DNA of 62,386 nucleotides, filler included, from Sphacelaria rigidula (lineage: Eukaryota): the NCBI GenBank assembly GCA_964200075.2. It is 11 parts of 11 records of this genome, joined end to end, with 100 filler letters (N's around TTAATTAATTAA, not from the genome) between each part and the next. Parts side by side here need not be neighbours in the genome. Positions count along the whole stretch, not along the records: positions 22,725 to 28,305 come from CAXNAA020026134.1; positions 28,406 to 33,986 come from CAXNAA020026135.1; positions 34,087 to 39,666 come from CAXNAA020026136.1; 8 more parts are not named here. One strand, written 5' to 3'. Positions 24,847-38,593 of the stretch are shown piece after piece (position 1 is the stretch's first letter; each line of letters opens with the position of its first letter). The position numbers and the translations under genes are program-made. The notes under the pieces are model-generated. The model was not told the origin of the DNA and made no database searches. It saw nothing but the letters and a program-made list of their open reading frames with translations.

Positions 24847-25204
24847 CTGACAATCGTGCAGAGCAACAACAACCAGCCGGACCAGCTGAAATGAACCTAG
24901 TCTGTATCTCACCTTGGCTACACGTGTCTATCCCAAATAATGACCGCGCCGGATTCGAACCGGAAAGTTCTAATGTGCTATTGATAGCGGAAAAGTCGAA
25001 GAGTGCTGGCGGAAAATGTTGAATGAGACAACTGTCCAAAATCACCGAATCAACAACTCAATCAGACGGCTCGGACATGACAAACCGAACCATGTTAAGG
25101 GATGGAGGGGGGAGCCATTTCTGACGTCAACAAAAACCAAAGCGTGGATCAACACAAGGTCGACAAACACGCGCCGTTCACTCAACAATCATCCAACGCC
25201 TCAC

Positions 25205-25594
25205 CTAGCATTAGGACCGACGCATTTCACAAGCCCCCCCACGCGGATCCTGCTCGCCCTGACACGCCTCGTCCGACGCCCATAACCGTTACCGTCCCCA
25301 CTCTCTCCCCTACCCATGACGCCAACAGAAAATCCGCCGCTTCCGGAACCGCTAGCCGGAGCCCCCAAGGGGTGGTGGTAGTGGTAACTGCGCGGGGGTC
25401 CGGGGACAGCCAAGTCATATCCCCTGTTCTGTTGGTCGCCATTGTTCATGTTGCTGTTGGGGTGGTGCCCATTTTCTGCTCCCATCAAAGCGGAGGAGGC
25501 GTTTGCTCCGTCTAATTCGAGATTGAAGGCCAGCCGACGAGGCGGTGTTTGGAATACCGGTGTTTCTCGAGAGCCTACGTGAAGAAGGCAGAAT
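25205..25594 (-). CDS. Cyclin-family protein, exon 2
   Basis: CAG acceptor and GTGAG donor, phase 2/2, open frame (FCLLHVGSRETPVFQTPPRR...VGPNA). Confidence 0.7.
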
Positions 25595-25935
25595 CTGAGG
25601 GAGGCGTGGAGAAGAGGCGGGCGGAGGCGTGAAACAAGTCATTATGGAATGCTTCAGAAAATGTCGGGGGAAAAGAGGGTGCGACAGCGCGAAATACAGC
25701 TCTTCCTCGCGACCGTCTTTTATATCGCCAAAATAAACATATGCGCAGACACAAGCACACAGGGAGGAAAAAATGAAGAAAATAAAAAAGAATTCAATCT
25801 CCTGCGGCACGGCATAGTTCAGAAGAAGCGTGGGAAAACGAGAATAGCATCCCTCACGGCCATCATCGATGCCTTCATCAACCCTACCCCGCCATGAAAA
25901 ATATTACACACGAAGACAGTTCCATCAGAAATCAC

Positions 25936-27128
25936 CTGCGGCACATCTCCGAAGAGGCATGCGACAATGCAAACTCTCTCGCGGCCTTTGACGTCATCGA
26001 AAACCGCGCCAGCTCCTGCGCAGTCAAGAACCCGAGAGCGTGTCGCAACGAGTCTCCGTCGCACAACCGCGGCAACCCATTGTCCTGCACTACTACAACC
26101 GAGCCATCGATGGACATCCCTCCCGCCCCGCCCACACGCGCATCCTTCGCCGCCGCCCCGATCTCTGATGCCGGTCGCTTTCCGTGGACATTGGTGGCTG
26201 CCGCTGCCTGTGGCGAGGCTGCCGTGTTGCTCGTTGCGATCTTCTGTTGTCCGAGTAGACGACGCGCGCACGGACGCTCGTCTTCCGTTGGCGCGGCGAC
26301 AGAAGCTGCAGCAGAAGAAGCACCTGATGCTGAAGCTGAAACGGGCATTGGCGTCGGCGTTGCTGCAGCCGCTGATGCTGCTGTTACTGCGGGTTTCGGT
26401 GTAGCGTGTCGTGCTTCTTCTGTTCCCTCGAGCGCTTGCGGTTCCAATGTATCCGCAAACGCAGGTACCGCTGCTGCTGTTGTTGCTGCTGCTGCTGCTA
26501 CTCCTTGTTCTCCCGATGTTGCGGTATCTCGGCTGTCAGTCATACCAGTCCTAACAGGTATACCACGAACGTCACTGCCGTTACCAGCACCAACCAAACG
26601 GTGACCGCTGTTATCGCCACTCATCAAACAAGACGCCTCTCCTTTGGGTTGAAAGGTTGGCTCTACGACCTGTCGTGATGGAACCAGGCATGAGGACGAT
26701 GATGACGACGATCGCGAAACGTTCGAGTCTCCCTCCACTGGATCATGACCTTTGCACGATGCCATGGCGACACCACCCGCACAACGCCCACCACCACTCC
26801 CCCCCGCAACGTTCGTCATGTTAGTTTCGTTCCGCTCCGACGAGAAAGAACCAGATCCGGATGGTTCGTGAGAGAACCCGGGTGGTGGCGGTCCGCGTTG
26901 CAACGCGTCGGATTCGCGAGCGGGGGCCAACGGGTCGTGACGGGAGCCTCCGACCGAGGGAGGTACGTGGTGTTCAGGAGCTGAGTTCCACGTACGGCCG
27001 CCATTCGGTTGGCCTTCATTATCGACTCTGCCCGTGTCTGACGCGCATGCGGTTTCCATCGCGTGAGGTGACACGTTTACACCAGAGGTGGTGGTGTTGA
27101 TATTGCTGCTGGTGCTGGGCACGTCCAT
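25936..27128 (-). CDS. Cyclin-family protein, exon 1 (low-complexity N-terminus plus F-box-like motif)
   Basis: Long Ser/Ala/Gly-rich ORF ending LPRLCDGDSLRHALGFLTAQELARFSMTSKAAREFA, with a phase-2 GT donor at 25935. The start codon is uncertain. Confidence 0.75.
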
Positions 27129-27409
27129 GGTGTGCCTGTTCGTGCATGTGAAGGTGGTGACCGAAAGAAGCAGTAGTTGTGGTAGTGTTGGCCGTGGGCG
27201 TGGTGGGTAGCAGTGATCGTGATCGTGGTAGTAGTGGTGGGTAGCAGTGGCCGTAGTGCCGGCGTCAACAACACACAGAAGGAAAAAGAAGGGGGGGGGG
27301 GGGGGGGGGGGGGAAAAACAAGGGGAAAAAAAAAAAAAAAAAAAAAGGGGGATATCCCCAAAGGAGGGGGGATGGCGTTAAGGTANNNNNNNNNNGAAGG
27401 GAGGGGGCA

Positions 27410-27444
<35 letters not shown>

Positions 27445-28709
27445 AGGGGCAAAACAACGGGAAAATAATAAAACAAAAATCAAGAGGATATTCTGCAAGG
27501 AAGTGGGATTGAGTTACGGTATGCGCATTCGGCCGCTCGCAGCAGACGGGACTCGTCTCGGGGTACGTCTACTGCATCATGTGATCACGGCTGCATCCTT
27601 GTGGGATGAGTTCAAGAGCGGATATGTATCAACCAAGTTAATCATATCCTCACGTTCGTTGCCCCCCGTGTTTGGGATCGTCATTGTTGAAGTCGAAATA
27701 AGTGAACTAGAGACGAGATGTCGATTATCCAATCGCACGACCTCCGTGGGACGCACCCGAAGGAGTGGCCCGGGGGAAAGGATACCTCATTGACACGATG
27801 AGCACTAACGTGTGCGTGTCGGAGTGCGTCTGTGGGGGGAGGGGCGGAGGGGAAATAGCATCTGTGAACTCGGCATCATATCACTCAACCCCTACATCGT
27901 GCACGGTACATGATCTATTTAAATCATCTTCACTAAAAAATGAGCGGAAGATCCAAGTCAAGACCAAAGTTGACCCCGCCGGCGAGAGTCGGTCGTCTGT
28001 TGAATCGGCATCAACTTCACATGAAAAAAGTATGCATGATCCCGATCGACTCCTCTCGCGGTCTAAGGGTCAAGACCCACGTGACCACCCCGGCTGTGCA
28101 ACGGGTTTAGCAAGTTTCAGTAACAGTACTGTGGCATGTAAATGCTTATAGATAGCCCGAAAGTCAGCTTTCGGGTGTTCGACACCCAGTGTAAGACAGA
28201 AAGAGGAGGGGGGGGGGGGGGGGGGGGGACTCATGATTTTTCATGCCATAGTCATAGAACGGAAGGGGGTGGTGAAGGGAAGGAGTGTAGTTCTCGGTGG
28301 TCGACNNNNNNNNNNNNNNNNNNNNNNNNNNNNNNNNNNNNNNNNNNNNTTAATTAATTAANNNNNNNNNNNNNNNNNNNNNNNNNNNNNNNNNNNNNNN
28401 NNNNNTTGAGTTTTCCACCGTTTCTCGGGGGTCCGACGGGATCGAAGTCGGTTTTCGAAGTAGTCTCCATTCTGGGACCCCAGAAAAACGGCACTACGAT
28501 TTTTGTTTTTCATTTTTTCGCAACCTATCTGCCTCCGCAGAACCCAAGGATGGACTCCACAAATTTTCGTCGCAAAAATCGATCAACTGATGCTCGAATT
28601 TCAATGTTCACGTCAAAGAAGGCCCAAAAACGCCGTTATTGAACCAAAATCAAGTAGTGTGGGGGTTTCACCGCGGTTCAGCAAACTTCATCGCACAAAG
28701 GCCAAACAC

Positions 28710-28988
28710 TTCACGCCGTTTTAAGGAGTTAGACCCTGAAATTTTGCACAACTGTGCTTTGAGACATGATGCAACTTTGCAGTAACGGGGATTTTTATTT
28801 TTTATGTTTTGTTACGGTTTTGCGGGGGTCCGATTGGAGTGAGGTTTCCTAAAAAAAATTGGACCCCCGAAAAACGGTGAAAAAAGTAAAAATAAATGTA
28901 AAAAACCTCGTTCCTGCAAAGTTGCGTAGAGACCCACAGAACATTCATGCAAAATTTCAGGGTGTTACTCCATAAAACGGCGTGAACT
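28710..28988. repeat. Inverted-repeat (MITE-like) element
   Basis: TTCACGCCGTTTTAAGGAGTTAGACCCTGAAATTTTGCA pairs with TGCAAAATTTCAGGGTGTTACTCCATAAAACGGCGTGAA. Confidence 0.8.
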
Positions 28989-30089
28989 TTTGCCGATGAG
29001 TGTTTTTTTGGTGATAAGCGTGAACCAGACTGTAGTGCATAACAGCTTTTTCGTTTCTTGTTCCCTTTTTTTCTCCATTTTTTTTCGTGTTTTTAGGTGA
29101 GTTTTGAGGAGAAATGAACATTGAACATTGATCTTGGGCCTCACCTCAATTTTTCAGCTCAAATTTTAGAATTGTGATTTGAAACTTGGCATGGAGAACG
29201 ATAGAGGTATGCTGAGTATTAAAAAAAAAAAATGGGCCTTCATGTGGAGATCGCCGTTTGGGCATGTGCGGTGAGATTTCCTTTTATGACGTGTAATCTA
29301 GTGAACGGCTGTTACAGGGGTAAGTTCTCAGGAGCCCCGAAACTCCTATACCTGTACAGCCGGATCTGGGACCCCAAGATAACAGGGATATTCCCAACGA
29401 ACTGCTGGCTATCCCTTGGGCGTCACTCTTGACGTGAAGTCTTAGACTTCGTCATCGGGCTAACTCGCTCGCGCTCGTCGAGCTTTCCCGAGTGATCCAC
29501 TTTGCCTCAACCCCACGACTTACGGTCAATCCTTGACTACATGACCCGAGGGAAATTGTCGGCCACCTTCGACGGTTTCTACCTTAACCGGGAGTCTCAC
29601 GACTTCCACTTTGGCTGACACCAGTTTATTAGGCACGTGTGCGAGGCACACTAGATATTTTTAGCTAGGGCAGATACGGTGACACCTACTACACCGGTGG
29701 AGGCGCTCGTAAGCACAAACAAGACGTTGCTTGGACGCCAGGGACGCCAGGGCTGTTCAACGAGTGCAGTAGCGGGTGAAATGCATGGGTCATGTGCACA
29801 ATACTTTCGGATCATGAATACTTTTTCATGAGAGGTACGGGCGTTCTCGTGAAAAAATTATCGTCACCATGCTAAAACGCCCTCAATCAGTGAAAAATAA
29901 GAAATAAAAACCAACATCACCCATTTTTCTTGGTCCATCATGATCTAGCGACGTCCCGCACAAAGTTTCAACCCACAAACACCAAACGTGGGCCGATAAA
30001 CGGCCTGCAAAATACTGTTCCGAATTTCCGCCGGCCCGGTTTTCCAAAGGTAAATTCGCAATTCTTTTCTTGGAGTTGGACAGTGAAAT

Positions 30090-31320
30090 TTGGTATCAGT
30101 GTTATTCCTTTTCGATAATATGGAGGCGTTGTTTTGGCAACTTAGACGTGAAGAGAATCTGCACCTCGTGTCAGATGACGCCGAAACTTGGAGAATGTGT
30201 AGATTGGTATCAGAGGAAGTTGTCACAGTTACAGCTGCGGGGAAGTCGCTCATGGCCCGGTCTGCATCGATACGATGGATAATTACCGTGCGTCGATTTT
30301 TGTTGTTTCAACACCCTGCTGTCTGATGACGATTCTAGTGGGTACATTGTCAGGTGAGCACGCTGACTGTGCATGGATCCTGCCGGCCTCATCATCAATC
30401 TTCGCTCAGTTATGGATTAACGCTCGAAGAAATCCAGCAAACAAGCATCGTTTATGATCCGCTATACTCTGAGGGTTGGGAGGCGAACGTTTCCGCTCCA
30501 AAACGGTCGACAGTCGAAGGTTAAGCTTCTTTCGCGCGACCAGTGGGTAGCGCTACGGGCCCTTGCCGGCGTACTGGAGGCGACATCCCGGTACAGACAG
30601 TCCCACCACTACCGGCACGGCCGTGCAAACAGGCTGGCAGCCATATCGGGCGTTGCACTGGTATTCTTCTAGCCTTACCAACTTAGATTATCTCCGCATT
30701 GTCTTTGCACGTGAATATTTCGATGATTGCCTCACTTCGACGTCGGCCATATTTTGGCGACAAGCCACGGTCTCACTGCACAACTTTATATGTGAAAATG
30801 TACAACGATGGACGAGATATTTCTGGTCAGCTTTGGAAAAAGTGTACTGCGCACAGTACTGAAATCTGTTGCCGACTGCCGAAGGCAGCACGGCGTCGAA
30901 TGCGCGCAGTATACTGTGAGACAGGGCCCAGAAATCCCCACGCCGCGAAAGGTAACAGCAAGCTTTCGCGCCATAGCGCCTGTGTCCATAGCAACCTTCG
31001 CCCAACATACGGGCATTGATTATAGGAGCGGATAGAAGCGGAGGCGGATTTCACTCACAGCATCGAGCACGTTGTACCGCTACAGGCCTCACTGCTGCGG
31101 GTGGTGCGGAGTAAAACACAGGCGGTAAACAGCATATGATATGCTGTACTGTACTGCTTTGTATGTGTTCAGACCATTGCGCACAGGGTGGGGCCCGCAT
31201 GTACATAATTCTTCACGAACTTCGTCGTGTACTATCATGGCACGATTTCTCAGTAGAAATCGCTTGCAATCTATGATGTTACATAACTCGTACGTGATGC
31301 AGCTTCCTCCACATCCGCAA
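30090..31320 (+). pseudogene. Degraded hAT-like transposase remnant
   Basis: Frameshifted fragments in hAT order: IRW...RRFLLFQ, LLSRDQWVALRALAGVLE, IPTPRKVTASFRAIAPVS (dimerisation-domain-like) and RFLSRNRLQSMMLHN. Confidence 0.5.
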
Positions 31321-31487
31321 TCCGCCCGTGAGGCGAGCTCTTGATGCTGGAAGTGCCCACCCCTCTTCCCGTGATGATGTCCAGTCTTGGGCTCAGACAA
31401 TTGAAACCTCGGAATATGACATGAGCTACCAGAAGGTACATATTCTGCGGCAACCATGCCTCTATATTAACGAAAAGGAATAACACC

Positions 31488-31680
31488 GGTATGGACAATC
31501 AACAGGGCATGAAGAAGAGCTGTCTGTGAGGTCCCGAAGTTTTTTTTCTCTCATGACTTTTGAGGGCAATAGTCAGTTTCGAGTTTCGAGGTTCTAGTAA
31601 AATGCCCTCAACTCATGAAAAAAACAAACTTCGGGACCTCACAGACAGCTTTTCTTCATGCCCTGTTGATTGTCCATACC
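31488..31680. repeat. 193-bp foldback element
   Basis: GGTATGGACAATCAACAGGGCATGAAGAAGAGCTGTCTGTGAGGTCCCGAAG at 31488 has a near-perfect reverse complement ending at 31680. Confidence 0.92.
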
Positions 31681-31857
31681 AAATTTCACTTTCCAACTCC
31701 AAGAAAAAATTGCTAATTCGCCTGCAAAGTACAAATCCGCTTGTAGGCTGGCTCAGCCTGTAACAGAGAAGCATAGCTGCTTGTGCACCCAGCTGCTCAG
31801 GGGACCCACGTTAGAGAGCGTGGCGTGTACTGGAACAGACAACACCATGATGAACGT

Positions 31858-32271
31858 CTTGTACTCCTCTGTTCCTTGGTTATGCAGAGTCCACCTTTAC
31901 CGCGACGTGCGCCCTGCCGTCTGTACAATATCCCTGCCCTGCCACGAAGCTGCAGTGTTGTGTTCGCATATACGGAGTATTGAAATGGCATGATTCGACG
32001 AGAAATATGACCAGGACCCAGATAACCCGCCGTGGACTTCCAAGGGTTCACTTTCAGAGCTGGGCTTGTACTCCTCTGCTCCTTGGTTATGCAGAGTCCA
32101 CCTTTACCGTGACGTGCGCCCTGCCGTCTGTACAATATCCCTGCCCTGCCACGAAGCTGCAGTGTTCTGGTCGCATATACGGAGTATTGAATTGGCATGA
32201 TTCGACAAGAAATATGACCAGGACCCAGATAACCCGCCGTGGACTTCCAAGGGTTCACTTTCAGAGCTGGG
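31858..32271. repeat. 207-bp tandem duplication
   Basis: Near-identical copies start at 31858 and 32065. A more diverged duplication with a period of about 310 bp follows, to about 32815. Confidence 0.92.
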
Positions 32272-34255
32272 CGCAGGACGAGTTCATGCGCTTCAGAGGG
32301 GTTTTTTAACCCGCTCCGTGGTGATAGCCATAGATAATGAGAGCAATGGGAAGAAACGCAGGGAGGGGGAGAAAGAAGACAACACTCTACTATACTGTAC
32401 GGTTCTGCACCGTAATATATTGTGCTGTACTGCACTTCGCCCTGTTGTTCGGGTTTGTCCGTCTATATACAGCCACGTTCGAGGGGAGTCATCTGTTGTG
32501 CATTCGCATAATTTTGAATCGAAATATGAATACAAGACACAGACTGGTCACCGTCGACTCCCAAGGGTTCACTTCAGAGCTGGGGGAAGGACGAGTTCAC
32601 ACTCTCCAACGGTTTTTTGCAATCTGCTCCATGGCGATACCCATTGGAAATGGGGGCAATGGGAAGGAACGCGGGGAGGGAGAGAGAGAAACAACACTAA
32701 ACTAAACTGTATTGTACTGCATCGCAACTGCACCATCCTGTGCTGTACTGTACGGTGCACTGTTCGGCTTTGTCCATCTACATACATCCACCTTCAGGGC
32801 GAGTCATCTGTTTTGATTTGGCATATGTGTTGGCGTTCCATCTATTGGCATCCCATCGTCTCGAAAATAAAATTGGAGTTCCTAACGGCGTTACTGCGAC
32901 ATAAATATATATAATAAACTAGGGTAGAGTTCCTAACGGCGTTACTGAAACATACGTATATACGTAAGCGGTTCAGCGTCCGCTCTGACGGTTTACATGC
33001 TGCTAATTCATACAATACACACTACAGCACAGCGGTACTGTTGTGATGTTTCAATAATACTGCAGACATACTACGACGGTACCGTTGTAATATTACAATC
33101 ATAATCGATGTCAGGGAGGAATGAGTACCAAGGTGGGAATGAAGATGACGTACCGTATCGGCCTGTCCGTTGTCCTGGGCCATATTTCCCTGTGGCCGTC
33201 TCTCGCCGCCAACGCTAATTCGTCACAACTCATTGCTCTGCGCCTCCATTACCATTCCAAGCGTGGGTGTGTATCTCACCATCTGTACATACTCATAGTT
33301 TGTGCTCATCGGCGAATCTGAAAGTTTTTTACCCGACGCCTGCCGCCGTACGTTCGCTGTGATCGGCGAATTTGGAAAAGTAATAAATTGGTACGTTGAT
33401 TTCGACGGACGACCCGACAGCACTGTCATGCCGTTCCTCATCAACTGCATTTTTTTGTAATTCCACGGACGACCCAGCGTCTACAGCCGCTATACGATCG
33501 TGCTCATCGGCTGATTTGTCAAATTTTTACTCCCAGCTCGTCACAATCGGCGAATTATGGTACATTCAAATTGATTCCTATTTTTTGGTGCAGATCTCGA
33601 TACGTTGCATTCCTCGGACGAGCCGTCTCTTTCATCGTGCGGATTTTCACAAGTTGAATTTCACCGACGTCCCGACGTCTACAGCCGCTACGGGTATACG
33701 CTTGTGCTCGTCGGCTGATTTGTAAAATTTCACTCCCCGCTCGTTCGAATCGGCGAATCGGTAAGTTCGAATATTATTCCTATTTTTGGGTGCGGATCTC
33801 GATACGTTGCATTTCTCGGACAAGCCGCCATTTTATTCTTAATTTTTGGTGCAGATCTCGATAAGTTGCATTTCTCGGAAGAGCCGTCGTGAACAGCCGC
33901 TATATACAGTCCACGGTCGGGACAAATCATCATGACTCAAAATCACCAAATTCACGATTTCTTCGGCCTGATTGCCCAAAAGCGAGNNNNNNNNNNNNNN
34001 NNNNNNNNNNNNNNNNNNNNNNNNNNNNNNTTAATTAATTAANNNNNNNNNNNNNNNNNNNNNNNNNNNNNNNNNNNNNNNNNNNNGTCGAACGGGAGAT
34101 AAATGGTGGGTGCTCCGCCTCCGTCATTGGGAAAAAGACGAAAGCAAGCAAAAAATAACTAACCCCCCCCCCCCCCCCCCTCGTACTTGTGTACCTTTGG
34201 GGGGTTCCGATATGCCTTCGTCCGACGCGTGCTTGTTCGGGGTATCAACACGTAG

Positions 34256-37200
34256 GTTGGAGGTGAAGCAAATCGATAGCAAGCACAAGGAATCTCAGGA
34301 GAAAATTCTAAAAATGGTCATTGACGGAGAAGCTGCGCAGGAGGCGCCAGCGAAGGCTCACGAGGAGCGAAGTAGTCTTTTCACCAAGGTCAACGAAATG
34401 CAGGGGATTATACACCGTCGCCGGGAAGACAACGAAAGAGCCGATGGAGTGATGGCGTGGACGCAATACTGGTTGCCACGTTGAGTGCAGCATGGGGTGC
34501 ACTCGCGTTTTTGTCCAGTACCCCCGAGCAGTGATGTCTCGTTCTGAACGCGTTTCTCAGAAACACCAACACGAGGTAGCAGCATCAAGCCGTCATACCA
34601 CGTTACCACAAGTGACGTTGGAACGATCGCACGACACCTTCTCAGTCCTCCTGCGTCATATTTGAGGGGTTTTCCAGTAGCTACATCGATCATTTGCCTC
34701 CCAACCTGCGGTGCAACCAACCGACCGATCAATCGTGTGGTTTGCGCCTTCCGAACTCAAGGATGATCGACGGCGCCGACGACGGATCAACAAAGACGAT
34801 AGAGGAGGATCGAGCGTCGACTCGAACGAGGTCGAAGCGTTGAAAACCCAAGCCCGGGATGCTCTGATGAAAAATCAGGCGTTGTTCGATAGGTGTATAT
34901 ATGTTGCTGGGAGCCAACTTTGTGTACTTTTCGAAACAGCTTGGACTCACTCGGCTCACGATAACTGGGGTGACTATCGAATCGCCAGTACAGACCACTT
35001 GATTGATGGTGTTGATTGCTGTCAGTTCAATTCAAGCCCAGTGATATTGAAAATCCTACGGCCATGCACCCTAGATGTAGTGGGGGTTACGAAGAGGACT
35101 GCTGTCTCCGCATATTTTTACTCATGATTCATGCAGGCAACGGCGTAGACGTACCTAACTTTGCAATCATCCACAAAAACAAATCTGCCCACTGCACGCG
35201 GGGAGAAAATATCTGGGGGAACATCATCGTCTGATATACTGTCCCGGCGAACACGGTTTCAAGAGGGATTCGCCAACGCTGGGACTCTGTACCAATCCAC
35301 AGCGACTGAAAAATGGTCATTCGGGTGGATTCGTCTGCTTCAAAATTACCTGTACTCCCTCCACTGGGCACCCCCGTCTCACCAGTATAACGGTTGCACA
35401 AAACTTTACTTCTAGTCAAAGCCACTCACCAACCCCCCCCATCTCTGCGTTACCCACGGGCGGCTGAAACGATGAAAACTCTCAAGGTATACACAGCTCC
35501 GAGATATAGTGAAGACGTCAGTGGGTGCTGATAAGTTGCCGCCCGATCTACCAGATGAAGGAGGTCTCATCGTGGAAGGGGTAGAAGCGAGTGGGGCACG
35601 ACGGAAAGGTATAAATATTCGAAGAATCCGGATTTTGAACGATGCCCGCATGAAACGGCGAGCGATCGACTCCACAGTGATTACCCTTACCCCTTGAGTT
35701 TCTGCTCAAACTATCTGGAACTTTCGCGGTCGAGCTTTGACAGGGGTGCCGAGTCTTCACAAAAGAGTTCGGCTTGAAAAATATAATGCATCCTCAAGAG
35801 GTCGGCCATAGAAGGTCGCTGCACGATTTTCGCATAAAAAACGTCCACCTCCACGCGTCGCTGAGGGTGAACGTTCACCGCATACCCGGTTTCTAAAAAT
35901 AAGTCTCCTTCTTTGTTGGGCCGTGTTTTTTGCCTCCAGATGCTCATGAGGTACGGACAACGGGCGACGACGGGGAGGGAGGGAGGGAGGAGGGGGGGGG
36001 GGGAAATCACTTGTTGCTTGCCTTAGTCATTTGACCGTTGACCATGCATCCCTTTCGAAAAGGAGCAAGGCGGGAGGAGGAGGGGGAGAAGGAGGGGAAT
36101 GGGCGCCATATTTTGCTCCCGTCGGATGGGGAAGGAGGTCGCTGGCAGCGACCATCGGAAGTTTTGCTGGCGTGACGACTGTGAACATACAGTACAGACG
36201 TATCTGGCCGGGGTTGTCGCATTTGATCAAGGGGTAGATCAGTCCGTTCACTCCTGAGCGGTATTGCGCGATTCCTCGTCATTGTTCTGGAGCGAGCCAT
36301 GGCATTCAAATGTATTTCACTCACTATGACGACTCGACGAAGACCGGCTACTATCGAGCCATTAGCAGAAAGGAACCCAAACGCTAGTAGTGAGAGTTTT
36401 TGCCGTGTAGACCAGGGTGGATGCTACTCGTGTAGTACCCGGGCAATCCGTCATGTCGTAGCCCTATGAATTTAGGCATGATCCATTTGCTTTTTACCAG
36501 TATGTCCTGCTCCACACGAGAAGTAACTCTGCGGCCAGAACAGGTCGTACTTCAGAAAAACAAGACGCGAAACCCCTCTCGAAATATGCACTGTACGAGT
36601 ACGAGCACATACGGTTCCCACTTCAAGTGCTCGCGCTTGCGCGCTGTTGACCCGACGTGCGCCCGCGCTGACGAACAGCTGCGTCGACTCAAGGAGGAAA
36701 ACGAGACCCTCAAAGTCGAGGTAGAGGCCAAAAACAAAGTCCTGCACGAAACGCGGGCAAATATGGAAAAGATGGCGTCGTCTGCCCCTTCGGCAGGTAC
36801 GGGATGAACGAGTGCACAACAAGGTGCAAGGTCCGGTTGCTTTCTGTAGAGCACCTTCAATTCGTCATGTGTGTACACCGACACATACATATTCAATCCC
36901 CAAAACATGTTCACATCTTGCTAGATAATTGCCTAGAGCTTGCGCAATGTCCGTTGCTCCGTGCCCTAACCAGAGTATTGCGCTCGCGCGCCATACGAGG
37001 TTGGCCCTTAACTTCATCTAAAAACAACAGCAATATCTCTATTGTGAGCGCCCAGATATATTTATGCTGTTTCACACAGGATGTTGGTGCTTCGTGCTGT
37101 ATTCCATCGCTTCGAATTTTTCCGAGTGCGCTGACGTTCTGCTCCCTTCCAAAAGCCAATTTCAAGTATTTTGCGCACTGCCGAATGTGGCAGGCACTAT

Positions 37201-38593
37201 ATAAAGCTTAGTGTCGAATGATTTGAATAAAGGTCAGCGTCCAAGTTCGGAGAAAAATACTGCGTCTACCGAACCGTTGCTCAAGCGTATTATCGAGGCG
37301 GAGGCGGAACGAGATAAAGCTTTAGATGAGGTAAGCATGACCCGTGAAACAGACAAAGCGACGCGTTCTCGATGTTCAAATATATATCGCTGGGATCATG
37401 GCGGCATCGGCTGACTTGCTCCCACGCACCGATATTACGCGAGGATCGCAAAATTAGTCAGCACATCTACTTATCCCCTGAAAGCCATGCGCTGTTCACA
37501 CGATGTGGAGGACACGTCGAGATGTACGTAGTTGTAGTGTCACGACTCTCCCGTTGATGTGTAGGTCCGAAGGGACTCAGTGACCTTACAAGCACAAACG
37601 ACACTTGTACTCTCATTATCGGCAAGCCGAGACAAAGTGTGCCGACAGCCAGATTCCTCAGAGAAAAATTCGGTCGATCGGAGCTCCGGGTCCTGAGAGG
37701 GTGAAGTCGCAAAGTAAGCGCATGATCTTGACGCTGTCACTGTACCCGTACGCTGTCACTGTAGGCGTGGGGTATAGCTGAGAGTTCCGACTCTGTAGAA
37801 TGCACAACTTGAGTCGCTTTGATTGTTTCGCTCATGTTACGTACATCGAATTGTTCGTTCCAACGGCGACGTGTCTCTCGTGTTGGGGATGATCAGTTGG
37901 CGAAGCATCGAAATAATCGCGGATGGGCCGATGGCGGCGGCGGGAGCGTTGAGGTAAAAGTCCACCTGTGTTGCACCCAGACTTCAGAATGGCATACTGT
38001 ACTACAAACATCACTAGTCGCATTGTTGGCCGAGTAAGCGTAGTAGCAGCAGTGCGGTGGTGGCTTGCTGTGGAGGGTTCTCCACTATTATAGTAAAGGC
38101 CCCTGGGCTCCTCTAAATCATGTGCAAGGCCTCAGCCTTCTTGACCACATATTATTTCGTATGCATTTAAGTGTAGAATATTCGCGTTCCGTGTAAAGCG
38201 GGAACATGCAGCCTGGGGCCCCGCGTTGAGCGGTGGCATCTTGCCCGCGGGTCAACATAGTGGCCGCAACTCTGCGTGTTTCCCATGTCTAAGGATTGAA
38301 AACATGCACGTGTGTGGATCCCGATAGACAGCACCTGCACGCTGCCACGGTTTGGCTGGTAAATGGATTGTACACACATGCACAACCGGAGGAGCGCATT
38401 TCGATAATCCTCTTGTGCTGGACAACTGCGGTGCATGAACGAATGGAAGACAGGATAACTGCGGCGCATGAAAAAATTGCAGGTATTGACAAAAGAACTT
38501 GAGAAAACCGAGCGGCGGAACGCGGAGCTGGTATCTAAGAACTCGTCTCTGAGCGCAGAGCTAGAGAGCTTCAAGACTTACATGCGAGATACA
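34256..38593 (+). pseudogene. Multi-exon coiled-coil protein gene, apparently decayed
   Basis: AG/GT-bounded exons 36679-36796 and 37212-37330 splice in phase (LRRLKEENETLKVEVEAK; LLKRIIEAEAERDKALDE). The exon-like pieces at 37565-37713 and about 38330-38593 contain frameshifts. The family is not recognised. Confidence 0.55.

Noticed and set aside
25894..26604. 236-aa plus-strand ORF
   Set aside because: It is antisense to the GC-rich cyclin exon 1.
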